A stretch of 64,000 bases of DNA from an uncultured Candidatus Saccharibacteria bacterium (GTDB lineage Bacteria; Patescibacteriota; Minisyncoccia; Phycocordibacterales; CSBR16-119), in assembly GCA_964426385.1 (NCBI GenBank), contig CAYRQF010000002.1, positions 7,037 to 71,036 on the forward strand, given 5' to 3'. Each line of letters begins with the position of its first letter. Position 1 is the stretch's first letter. The notes below the pieces were generated by a model. That model saw only the letters and a list, made by a program, of their open reading frames with translations. It did not search any database and was not told the origin of the DNA. Shown here one piece after another: positions 1-8,170 of this stretch. Made by a program: the position numbers and the translations under genes.

Positions 1-467
1 AATTCATTGCTTACGGGGATAATGTTTACAATATTACTGATCCTGAAAAATTGATGGAGGAGGTAAAGAAGATCGACCCAGAAAATCTATTTGGAAAAAA
101 CAAAGACGAGGTTGCTGTGGATAAAATGATAGAAAAGATTAAAAAGCCGGTTAATGAAGAGGAGATTGCAGAAGAGGCTGATGAAGTAGACGAGGAGGGC
201 GAAGCTCTGGGTGAAGAGTCTGCGCCAGAAGAGGTGGTTGAGACCGAGACTCCAGTAGAGCCAACACCAGAGCCCGAAGAAGTTCCGCCTGTTGCCGAGG
301 AGCCTGTACCTGAAGTTGTTCCCGAGGAAGAAATAGTTCCTCCAGTCGTAGGGCCTGAGGTTACCCCTGAGCCTATTCCCGAAATTGTCCCAGAGCCTGA
401 AGTTGTTCCCATAACAGAAGAACCAATTAGTGTTTTAACCCGTAAGCGTAAGAGAAAAGTCGCATAA
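1..467 (+). CDS. C-terminal part of an acidic Glu/Pro-rich protein (5'-truncated by the window edge), ending in a basic RKRKRKVA tail
   Basis: The frame of the listed ORF 51..467 stays open back to position 3 with no stop. Low-complexity EEVPP/PEVVP repeats. Confidence 0.45.
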   Translation, partial: FIAYGDNVYNITDPEKLMEEVKKIDPENLFGKNKDEVAVDKMIEKIKKPVNEEEIAEEADEVDEEGEALGEESAPEEVVETETPVEPTPEPEEVPPVAEEPVPEVVPEEEIVPPVVGPEVTPEPIPEIVPEPEVVPITEEPISVLTRKRKRKVA

Positions 468-470
468 TTT

Positions 471-647
471 ATGGCAATAGATGATATCGTGGCGCAAACT
501 GGAGATAGGCAGGACTTTGTCCTCGAGATACCAGCTGGAAACGCTGCTTACTTACCAAACGATATTCTCATCGAGGATGACGGGGCATTACTCATGTCAG
601 AAGTGCCAGAGGCGGCTGGCGGAAACATTTTTATAATGTCAGAATAG
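471..647 (+). CDS. small acidic hypothetical protein (58 aa); below the 60-aa cut-off of the ORF track
   Basis: ATG at 471 to TAG at 645-647, translated by eye as MAIDDIVAQTGDRQDFVLEIPAGN... It sits directly upstream of tatC. Confidence 0.3.
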   Translation: MAIDDIVAQTGDRQDFVLEIPAGNAAYLPNDILIEDDGALLMSEVPEAAGGNIFIMSE

Positions 648-651
648 TGCC

Positions 652-1371
652 GTGGAGGGCATCCAGAAGTATTTTGTTCAATATGGAGGGTATTTAGACG
701 AGATCAGGCGTCGTGTTTTGATCTTGGTTAAAATATTCGCTAGCGTTTTCGTGTTAGGTTTCATTGCCACGAGTCCACTCATAAAGCTTTTTATGGAGCA
801 TATGGCGATTAAGAATGTTTTAATCGTTTCGACTGCTCCATTTCAGCTAGTAAACCTCGCGATGAGTAGTGGGTTTTTCTTGGCTAGTGTTATAACTACA
901 CCATTTTTTGTTTATCACCTTTACGCATTCTTGAGTCCAGGACTTCTACCAAAAGAGAGAAAGCTGTTCATATCTCTTATACCTTTGTCCCTGGTCCTGT
1001 TCTTTGTTGGATTTTCGTATGGTTTTGCCACTATGTACTATGCAACCCAGTCTATCGCTCAGTTGAACGTCAGTTTGGGGGTGGTTAACTACTGGGATAT
1101 AAGCAAGTTTGTGTCTGAAATAGTTCTTACCTCCTCACTCCTCGGTATAATCTTTGAGTTTCCGATAGTTATCACCTTTTTGATCAAAGTTGGCGTAACA
1201 GGGGTAGAATTCCTACGCTCAAAGCGTCGGCATGCCGTAGTGGCGATATTCATACTTGTTTCTTTACTTCCCCCTACGGATGGTTTATCATTGTTGTTAA
1301 TGGCTTTGCCAATGGTGGTTATTTATGAGCTAACTATTTTGGTTAATTCCAAAATTAAAAAACCTGCATAA
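652..1371 (+). CDS. tatC: Sec-independent protein translocase TatC
   Basis: Multi-TM protein whose N-terminal region (LDEIRRRVLILVKIFASVFVLGFIA) resembles the TatC N-terminus. GTG start. An adjacent tatA supports the call. Confidence 0.8.
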   Translation: MEGIQKYFVQYGGYLDEIRRRVLILVKIFASVFVLGFIATSPLIKLFMEHMAIKNVLIVSTAPFQLVNLAMSSGFFLASVITTPFFVYHLYAFLSPGLLPKERKLFISLIPLSLVLFFVGFSYGFATMYYATQSIAQLNVSLGVVNYWDISKFVSEIVLTSSLLGIIFEFPIVITFLIKVGVTGVEFLRSKRRHAVVAIFILVSLLPPTDGLSLLLMALPMVVIYELTILVNSKIKKPA

Positions 1372-1397
1372 TTTAATTATTAAGTAGTAAAAAATAT

Positions 1398-1553
1398 ATG
1401 TTTGGATTAGGTACGAAGGAGATAATAATTATTGCGATAATCCTTATACTCCTATTTGGCGCAAAGAAGATTCCAGAATTGGCAAAGAGTCTGGTGGACG
1501 CTGTTAAGCATCTAACTGGATCGTTCAAGGAAGGGGACTCAAAAAAGAAATAA
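1398..1553 (+). CDS. tatA: twin-arginine translocase subunit TatA/E (52 aa, not in the ORF track)
   Basis: Hand translation gives MFGLGTKEIIIIAIILILLFGAKKIPELAKSLVDAVKHLTGSFKEGD.... This matches the TatA TM helix followed by the conserved LLFG-KK-P hinge. Confidence 0.75.
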   Translation: MFGLGTKEIIIIAIILILLFGAKKIPELAKSLVDAVKHLTGSFKEGDSKKK

Positions 1554-1571
1554 CGGAACTACTGTAGAAAT

Positions 1572-1610
1572 AAAACGTTTTTCACACTTTCTTGTGAAAA
1601 ACGTTTTATT
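1572..1610 (+). terminator. rho-independent terminator (15-bp perfect inverted repeat AAAACGTTTTTCACA/TGTGAAAAACGTTTT followed by a T-run)
   Basis: Perfect palindrome seen directly, followed by TTTTATTTAT. Confidence 0.65.
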
Positions 1611-1641
1611 TATAGGGGCAAATTAGATATAATACTACGTA

Positions 1642-4464
1642 ATGAATTGTTTATCGCAAGGGAAAAGAAGCGTTGTTTTTTTGCTGTTTTTTGCTTTTTT
1701 AATAACACCAGTTTTACTGCTTGCTGACGTCGTTATTTATGCTCCAGGAGAGACTGTAAAAATAGGGGAATTTGTATACAACGACGATTTTACTCCGACA
1801 ACTGATGATTGTACGGTAACAATATATAGTCCAGCAGGGGCGACACTTGTGAACGGTGCAACTATGACTGACGATGCCACAGGGTGGCATTACTATGATT
1901 ACACTGCACCAGCAACTAACGGGAAGTATGCTGCATTTATGTCTTGTGGAACACTTATCGCTGGTGACCTGGTCAAAGCCGACAAGACCTTCATTGTTCT
2001 CGATCCAGAAGTAACAGATGCTTCGATAGCAACCAGTGTTTGGGGAAGCGGGTCTAGGACTTTGACAGCCTTTGGGTCTCTTGCTGCAGACGTTTGGAAT
2101 GGAGCGTATGCATCTGTTAGAAGACTCACGGATAGTACTTTAACTAGCGGCGGCGCTCTTGCAACTGAGAGTTACGTAGATGCACTAGAGACAACTGTTG
2201 TTACTGAGGTTCAGGCTAACGGCACACTTATTAGCGCACTTAATGATATCTCAGCTGCTGATGTCTGGGCTCATGGCACCAGATCGATTAACTCCGGAAC
2301 CGTTAGTATAGACAGTGGTTCGGTTGATGCTGTCTGGGATTCTGCCTCGTCAGGCCTCACTGCTGTAGGAAGTATTGGTGAACTTATAGTAGACAATCTC
2401 GATGTTGCCGTATCTACTCGTGGAACGAGCACTCTCACCGCAGGAGATGTTTGGGCTAGTGCAACTCGCACACTTTCTACGACGGGAGTAGATGCAGTAA
2501 CTGCCGGTGTCTGGGCTAACGGCACTAGAACCCTAACAAACTACGGTAACAATATAACGGCAGCTGACGTTTGGAATGTGTTGTCCTCATCTCTCGTGAC
2601 AGCTGGATCTATCGGCGAACAATTGGCTACGAACGTAGACGTCGCCTCATCAGATATCTTGACCGAGATTATGGATACACAGGCTCTGATAAACGCTCTT
2701 AATGATATCTCTGCTGCAGACGTCTGGGCGGCTGGAACACGAACACTTACAGGAAATGTAGATATTTCGACTGCATCTGTGGACGCGATCTGGGATACTG
2801 CTACATCGGGATTGGCTGCGAGTGGTAGCGTAGGAAAACTAATAGTAGATAACCTGGATGCTCAAGTTTCAACTGTTGGAGGCGGAACTTTGACTGCAGC
2901 CGATGTCTGGTCTCATGCAACAAGAACGTTGTCGACGGCAGGTGTAGACAGTATAGCGACTGACGTTTGGGCAGAGGCAACAAGGACTCTTACCGACTAC
3001 GGAAATGATATAACCGCCGCGGAGGTTTGGGATACACTGTCTTCGTCACTTACAACCATCGGCAGTATCGGCGAACAATTGGCTACGAACGTAGACGTCG
3101 CCTCATCAGATATCTTGACCGAGATTATGGATACACAGGCTCTGATAAACGCTCTTAATGATATCTCTGCTGCAGACGTCTGGGCGGCTGGAACACGAAC
3201 ACTTACAGGAAATGTAGATATTTCGACTGCATCTGTGGATGCTATCTGGGATACTGCTACATCGGGACTCACGGCAATCGGCAGTATCGGCGAGCTCATG
3301 GTTGAAAATCTGGACGCCGCAGTATCGACTCGCGGTACTAGTAACTTGACCGCATCTGACGTCTGGGCAGCGGGAACACGAACCCTGACAGACTACTCTA
3401 CCTCTGCAGTTGCGACAGCTGTTTGGGCAAACGGGACGCGCACTCTTTCTAACTACGGCAATGACATAACGGCAGCTGACGTTTGGAATGTGTTGTCCTC
3501 GTCTCTCGTGACGGCTGGATCTATCGGCGAACAATTGGCGACGAACGTAGATGGTCAGATTTCTGCGATAGGTGGGGCTGCCAACTGGAATGTGCGAATG
3601 GGAAATGTGGAGCGAGTCCAGACTGGCTATACGTACAGAACAAAAGTTTTCATACTTGATGCCTCAGCTGAACCAACAGCACCGTTCTCTGTGCCTACGG
3701 TAACTTTGTATGACCCTGATAGGAACATAGTTGTTTCTAATGTGCCTATGAGTTTGGTCACAACCGGTGTGTATGAATATACATATACTGTCGCGAATAA
3801 CGCGGCTCAGGGTCTATGGGAGGCCATAGCTTCTACTGAGGTTGAGAGTGGTAAAACAATACAAACAAACGACTATTTCGAAGTTGCCGGTTCTCCTGCG
3901 CAGGTATTGATTAACTCCGTTAGTTCAGCAAGCATCTCTTCTATTAGTGCCAACGTCACTATTACTAACGAGGGACTTACTGGATATGAATATCAGTACG
4001 AGTGGTGTGTTGTTTCAGATGTGAACAATGAGTGCGGTGGCGGAGATGACGAGTATCACGCTACAGCAGCAAAATTCATTAACCCTAGCGAAGACTGGAA
4101 TACATCATTATCGGCATCTGTTGCAAGTGCGGGAACATACTATTTCAAGTTGGTCGTTTATTTCGGCACAGAGAGTTCTGGCTCATCTAGAATATTCACA
4201 GTAACAGCTCCATCTTCTGGAGGTGGCGGTGGTGGGGGAGGAAGTACTCCTACTGATACCAGTGTTACCCCCATAGCTCCAGCAGGCGCCTGTAGCGGGG
4301 CCGACTTCAACAAAGACAGATTTGTGGATTCTATAGATTTCTCTATTCTCCTGTACTTCTGGAAGGCGTTATCACCATTTAGTAATCCTTGTGTGGATGT
4401 AAATGTCGACCAGAAAGTTGATTCGGTAGATTTCTCAATAATGCTTTATCAGTGGACCAAATAG
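1642..4464 (+). CDS. giant secreted repeat protein (940 aa) with a signal peptide, about 20-25-aa 'DVW..GTRTLT' repeats, a Gly8 linker and a C-terminal dockerin-like double segment
   Basis: N-terminal hydrophobic signal. Internal repeats are visible in both protein and DNA. The C-terminus carries DFNKDRFVDSIDFSILLYFW and DVNVDQKVDSVDFSIMLYQW, two dockerin-type Ca-binding-loop-like segments. Confidence 0.85.
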   Translation: MNCLSQGKRSVVFLLFFAFLITPVLLLADVVIYAPGETVKIGEFVYNDDFTPTTDDCTVTIYSPAGATLVNGATMTDDATGWHYYDYTAPATNGKYAAFMSCGTLIAGDLVKADKTFIVLDPEVTDASIATSVWGSGSRTLTAFGSLAADVWNGAYASVRRLTDSTLTSGGALATESYVDALETTVVTEVQANGTLISALNDISAADVWAHGTRSINSGTVSIDSGSVDAVWDSASSGLTAVGSIGELIVDNLDVAVSTRGTSTLTAGDVWASATRTLSTTGVDAVTAGVWANGTRTLTNYGNNITAADVWNVLSSSLVTAGSIGEQLATNVDVASSDILTEIMDTQALINALNDISAADVWAAGTRTLTGNVDISTASVDAIWDTATSGLAASGSVGKLIVDNLDAQVSTVGGGTLTAADVWSHATRTLSTAGVDSIATDVWAEATRTLTDYGNDITAAEVWDTLSSSLTTIGSIGEQLATNVDVASSDILTEIMDTQALINALNDISAADVWAAGTRTLTGNVDISTASVDAIWDTATSGLTAIGSIGELMVENLDAAVSTRGTSNLTASDVWAAGTRTLTDYSTSAVATAVWANGTRTLSNYGNDITAADVWNVLSSSLVTAGSIGEQLATNVDGQISAIGGAANWNVRMGNVERVQTGYTYRTKVFILDASAEPTAPFSVPTVTLYDPDRNIVVSNVPMSLVTTGVYEYTYTVANNAAQGLWEAIASTEVESGKTIQTNDYFEVAGSPAQVLINSVSSASISSISANVTITNEGLTGYEYQYEWCVVSDVNNECGGGDDEYHATAAKFINPSEDWNTSLSASVASAGTYYFKLVVYFGTESSGSSRIFTVTAPSSGGGGGGGGSTPTDTSVTPIAPAGACSGADFNKDRFVDSIDFSILLYFWKALSPFSNPCVDVNVDQKVDSVDFSIMLYQWTK
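2611..2811. repeat. intragenic near-identical DNA repeat, copy A (about 200 bp)
   Basis: 2611..2783 is identical to 3067..3239 apart from 1-2 mismatches; the following 21 bp are identical again. The offset of 456 bp equals 152 codons, in frame. Confidence 0.85.
3067..3267. repeat. intragenic near-identical DNA repeat, copy B
   Basis: See copy A. In addition, 2563..2640 matches 3478..3555 with 3 mismatches. Confidence 0.85.
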
Positions 4465-4467
4465 CTT

Positions 4468-5376
4468 ATGAAAATATTCAGTAGTAAAAATATCGTGTCG
4501 GTCATTTTCTCTCTAACGCTTGCTAGTGCGTCCGCGTTTTCGCTAACTGCACAAGCTGCAACTATAAGTAACAATCCACTGTCCGATGTGGGCGCTAAAG
4601 ACGTTTTTGTTATAGATATTTTGTTAGACACCGAAGGTGAAAGTATCAACACAGTTGACGGAACTATCAAATTATCGAGCCCGTTGGCTGTTACAGAGGT
4701 GCGCGATATAAGTGTCGCAGGATCGGCGGTTAGCCTCTGGCCAAGGAAGCCTTCTCTTTCTGAAAAGGGTGACGTTATATCTTTTGCCGGAGGTATACCT
4801 GGTGGTGTTGTTGGTAAAGCCATTCCACTTTTTAAAGTCATAGTTTCTGTAAATAGAGAAAGTGAACTAAAAATTCAAGCAAGTGATATCAAGGCTTATG
4901 TTAACGATGGAAAGGGTACAGCCCTTGATGTTGTGGCTAAGTTCTCGCCGGTAAGTATTGGAATTGCAAAAGCGGTACCTGTAGATTCTTGGAAAGAAAA
5001 TATATCGAGTGACAATACTCCTCCAGAACCTTTTGAGATAAAGCTTCTCCAGGATAAAAGTATCTACTCTAATAATTTATATATATCATACGGCACCATC
5101 GATAAAGATTCGGGTGTAAGTCATTACGAAGTAAAGGAAGGGCGACGAGAGCCGGTTCGTGCAGGGGAGACCTATGTACTTATAGATCAGAGTGTCAAAA
5201 CAAACATTACTGTTACAGCGTATGACAAAGCCGGAAATGCTCGTACGGTAGCCTTCTCTCCGGAGAGTAAGAAAATAAACTGGCTATCAATTCTGGTTAC
5301 GGTTCTAGTTGTTGTGGTTGGAGTGAAGATCGTAAGAATTTGGATAAAAAATAGACGTCATGGAAAAGATGTGTAA
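4468..5376 (+). CDS. secreted, C-terminally membrane-anchored protein with a cohesin-like N-domain and an Ig-like domain (AYDKAGN motif)
   Basis: Signal peptide, then a C-terminal TM helix plus basic tail (KIVRIWIKNRRHGKDV). It is a paralog of the next ORF. The N-terminal ~140 aa follow a beta-sandwich pattern reminiscent of cohesin. Confidence 0.7.
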   Translation: MKIFSSKNIVSVIFSLTLASASAFSLTAQAATISNNPLSDVGAKDVFVIDILLDTEGESINTVDGTIKLSSPLAVTEVRDISVAGSAVSLWPRKPSLSEKGDVISFAGGIPGGVVGKAIPLFKVIVSVNRESELKIQASDIKAYVNDGKGTALDVVAKFSPVSIGIAKAVPVDSWKENISSDNTPPEPFEIKLLQDKSIYSNNLYISYGTIDKDSGVSHYEVKEGRREPVRAGETYVLIDQSVKTNITVTAYDKAGNARTVAFSPESKKINWLSILVTVLVVVVGVKIVRIWIKNRRHGKDV

Positions 5377-6616
5377 TCACAAAACCAGAGGCAGATATTT
5401 CATTACTGTATTTGCAGTTATATTTTTCGTAATTTCTTTTTCTAGCGCTTACGCGGCTGAGCTTTTCGTTAATCCTTTTGACGCGACGGTGACAGAAGGG
5501 GATGTGATTAGATTGCGTGTCGGTGTAAATACTCAAGGAGTATCAGTTAACAATGGTGAATCCACCGTATCTTTTCCTGCAGACCTTATGCAAGTCGTAA
5601 GTATCGACACTAGTAGTTCTATCTTCGATTTGTGGGTAAGTAAGCCAACTTTTTCAAACGCAAATGGAACCATAAGCTTTAATGGTGGTGTTGCGAATCC
5701 GGGATTTACAGGTTCTAACGGAACATTATTCTGGATAAATGGAAGGGCAAAGAAGGCGGGCGTTGCAAACATTTCGTTGCAGTCATCATTCGTTCGTGCC
5801 AATGACGGCTTGGGAACTAACGTCTTGTCATCTACTCGAAACACTTCAGTTACTATAGCTAAAGCTGTTGAGAAACCAGCAGAGACAGAGCCTACAGAGG
5901 ATCTAGTTAGAGATGTGATGAGTCCAGATACTTTGTTTATCGCTGTTATGAAAAACGATCAGGGGCAGTTGGTCGCCATGCTTGATGCTCACGATAATGA
6001 AGGCGTAGATCACTTTACTATCACTATTGGCGATAGAGAGCCTGTAAAATTGGTCGCGGTCAATGATGCTACGACATACATTATCCCGAAAGATCTAAAA
6101 GACGGAGTATATATTCTGACAGCCGCAGCTTATGACAAGGCTGGTAATTCCAAGAAGCAGACGGTCAATATAAATATTGATAGCAATATGCCAGAGATAA
6201 CCTACTTCTCTAAAGAGGTGGTGGTTGGCCACGAAGCTCATGTTGCCGGGGCTACAGCAATGCCAAATACAGAAGTCTTGCTCGCCGTAGTGTACCCGAG
6301 TAGGAGGCTAGAAACTTACTTACTCGAGACAGACGAGAGTGGAAAGTTTGATTTCGACACAGAGCCACTACAACAAATCGGAGAGTATACCCTATGGATC
6401 CAGAAGACTGAGGTTGATGGGGTAGAACCTATAACTTCCGAGAGAATAACGATAAATGTAAGCCCAACCTGGGTTCATGCTCAGGTCGAGATGCTAAAGC
6501 CATATGCCCCGATACTCGTAGGGTCAATATTGGGTATCGCTCTTATCGTGCTACTAATGAGGAGTGGTGGCTATAGAGTGATTCGGGTGCCAAGGAGAAA
6601 TAGGGATGATTTCTAG
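5360..6616 (+). CDS. secreted, C-terminally membrane-anchored paralog (418 aa) with a cohesin-like N-domain and Ig-like repeats
   Basis: Signal peptide, a YDKAGN motif, and a C-terminal TM helix plus RVPRRNRDDF tail. It overlaps the previous gene by 17 bp, suggesting an operon. Confidence 0.7.
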   Translation: MEKMCNHKTRGRYFITVFAVIFFVISFSSAYAAELFVNPFDATVTEGDVIRLRVGVNTQGVSVNNGESTVSFPADLMQVVSIDTSSSIFDLWVSKPTFSNANGTISFNGGVANPGFTGSNGTLFWINGRAKKAGVANISLQSSFVRANDGLGTNVLSSTRNTSVTIAKAVEKPAETEPTEDLVRDVMSPDTLFIAVMKNDQGQLVAMLDAHDNEGVDHFTITIGDREPVKLVAVNDATTYIIPKDLKDGVYILTAAAYDKAGNSKKQTVNINIDSNMPEITYFSKEVVVGHEAHVAGATAMPNTEVLLAVVYPSRRLETYLLETDESGKFDFDTEPLQQIGEYTLWIQKTEVDGVEPITSERITINVSPTWVHAQVEMLKPYAPILVGSILGIALIVLLMRSGGYRVIRVPRRNRDDF

Positions 6617-6692
6617 GGTAAAGTTGCATTTCCCCAAGGGAAATAGTGTATAATTAAGGGTATTGATTAATAGGTAATTTTTAAGCATATAT

Positions 6693-6986
6693 ATGCCAGC
6701 AAAAAAAGCAGCAGCAAAGAAAGCGGGAGGAGCAAAGAAAGCAAATTCTGCATTCATGAAGCCTTTAACTATCAGCGCTGATCTAGCCGCTATCGTCGGT
6801 AAGGGCCCTATGCCTCGCTCTGAGATAATCAGCAAGATGTGGGTATACATCAAGAAGAACGATCTACAGGACAAGAAGAATAAGAGAAACATCAACGGCG
6901 ACGCAGCTCTCACTAAAGTTTTCGGGGGCAAGAAGACAGTTACAATGTTTGAGATGGCGAAACACATCAGTAACCACGTCTCATAA
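6693..6986 (+). CDS. SWIB/MDM2-domain protein with an N-terminal Lys/Ala-rich histone-H1-like tail
   Basis: An AKKAAAKKAGGAKKA tail is followed by PLTISADLAAIVGKGPMPRSEIISKMWVYIKKNDLQD..NGDAALTKVFG, which is typical of the SWIB fold. Confidence 0.75.
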   Translation: MPAKKAAAKKAGGAKKANSAFMKPLTISADLAAIVGKGPMPRSEIISKMWVYIKKNDLQDKKNKRNINGDAALTKVFGGKKTVTMFEMAKHISNHVS

Positions 6987-7095
6987 TAGAATTCAACTAG
7001 CAAGAAACCTTCGCACTCGCGAGGGTTTTTTGTTTGTAGGGGTGGTATACTGAAATAAACAGGGCATTAATAGTTAATATAAATAATAAAAAACT

Positions 7096-7401
7096 ATGGT
7101 ATCAAAATACTATGAGTACGCGACGTGGATACTCGGAATCATCGTCATCATCCTAGCGATACTACTCTTCCGTGCACAGAATGCGTCATTGGATGACAAC
7201 CTAGATATGGCTATCGAGAATCTTCGAGAATGTAATGCTGACTTGTCAGCATGGCGCGCAGAGAACCCTTCACCGTCTGCCTCTACAGCGGACCAGCAGA
7301 AGGAGCTATCAGAAATTCTCTCACGGTGTGCAGAAAGTACGGGGGTAGTCGATTCATCTGCGCCCGATATCGGTCCAGAGGCCGGATCTCTCAAACAATA
7401 A
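7096..7401 (+). CDS. hypothetical single-pass membrane protein
   Basis: N-terminal TM helix (WILGIIVIILAILLF). The antisense ORF 7110..7415 translates as low-complexity junk. A hairpin plus T-run follows at about 7417..7455. Confidence 0.4.
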   Translation: MVSKYYEYATWILGIIVIILAILLFRAQNASLDDNLDMAIENLRECNADLSAWRAENPSPSASTADQQKELSEILSRCAESTGVVDSSAPDIGPEAGSLKQ

Positions 7402-7456
7402 TTCGACATATACAAAAATGGCGCGAAGTAGTAATACCTCGCGCTATTTTTGTATT

Positions 7457-8101
7457 CTAGTGAGCGATAGTGAACGCCAGTATCTTCTTGGCGCCCGCGA
7501 TTCGGAGGACGCGTCTCGCTTCTATGAGGGTAGCATGCGTAGTCGTGATATCGTCGATGATAACGACATTCTTGTCTCGAACACTTATGTCAGGCTCGAC
7601 ACTGAACATTCCCCGGAGATTTGTGAGTCGCTTTTGACGATTCCCTATAGAGTGCTGAGTTACCGTGTCGCTTACCTTTCGGAGCACATCTACGACCGGT
7701 AGTTTTCTGTTACTTTTTCTGGATAGTTCATCTGCTATAAGTCGTGATTGATTATATCCGCGCTTGCGTTTACTTTTGGCTGAGAGGGGTATGGGTACTA
7801 GGATGAAGGCCCCAAGGTTATCAAATATTGCGCGCTCTGTGAGCTCGCTCGATAGCTCGTCGTGAAGCCGGAGAGACAAATCCTCAATAACAGAGAATTT
7901 GTTTTCAAACTTGAATTTCCAAAGTAGGCGCTTGATTCGTGGGTCTTTATAATTCCACACAGAAATAATCCAATTGTGATCTGGCGCTTTGGCTAGCGAT
8001 ATTTTCTCGAGGCAGGTTGGGCATATCCAAAATCCTTCCCGTTTACATTCGATGCATCGAGAAGGGAAGAGGAAACTTACAAATTTCTTCAGAATTCTCA
8101 T
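7457..8101 (-). CDS. comFC: ComF family competence protein with a phosphoribosyltransferase domain
   Basis: N-terminal CxxC..CxxC zinc finger and a C-terminal PRTase motif (VVIIDDITTTHATL). Confidence 0.85.
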   Translation of the reverse strand: MRILKKFVSFLFPSRCIECKREGFWICPTCLEKISLAKAPDHNWIISVWNYKDPRIKRLLWKFKFENKFSVIEDLSLRLHDELSSELTERAIFDNLGAFILVPIPLSAKSKRKRGYNQSRLIADELSRKSNRKLPVVDVLRKVSDTVTQHSIGNRQKRLTNLRGMFSVEPDISVRDKNVVIIDDITTTHATLIEARRVLRIAGAKKILAFTIAH

Positions 8102-8170
8102 CTAATTATCAACAAAAAGCTCTATTTAAAGCCTTACTGTAGGTAACGACATGATATAATTCTACTACAT

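Noticed and set aside
1899-3534. Minus-strand ORFs (1899..2129, 2271..2525, 2801..2983, 2997..3299, 3106..3534) inside the giant repeat gene
   Set aside because: They are antisense to a strongly supported 940-aa + strand gene. Low-complexity repeat DNA gives open antisense frames by chance, and their translations are Ser/Thr/Pro- or Cys/Arg-rich junk.
2150-3560. Tandem DNA repeats considered as a possible CRISPR array
   Set aside because: The repeats are 456-bp in-frame protein repeats without short conserved direct repeats separated by unique spacers. No cas genes were seen.
6554-7003. Minus-strand 149-aa ORF
   Set aside because: It is antisense to the SWIB gene. Its poly-Ala/Phe translation mirrors the Lys/Ala tail codons.
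7110-7415. Minus-strand 101-aa ORF overlapping 7096..7401
   Set aside because: The + strand alternative has a clean N-terminal TM helix and follows the local gene orientation. The minus translation is Ser/Arg-rich with no features. Neither call is strong.
7418-7702. Plus-strand 94-aa ORF
   Set aside because: It overlaps the well-supported minus-strand comFC (zinc finger plus PRTase motifs).
8150-8160. Extended -10 (TGaTATAAT) 10 nt upstream of the pilM ATG, considered as the pilM promoter
   Set aside because: Its spacing would give a near-leaderless transcript with no room for an RBS. This is possible but unsupported, so it is only noted. The true promoter may lie further upstream in the comFC-pilM divergent region.
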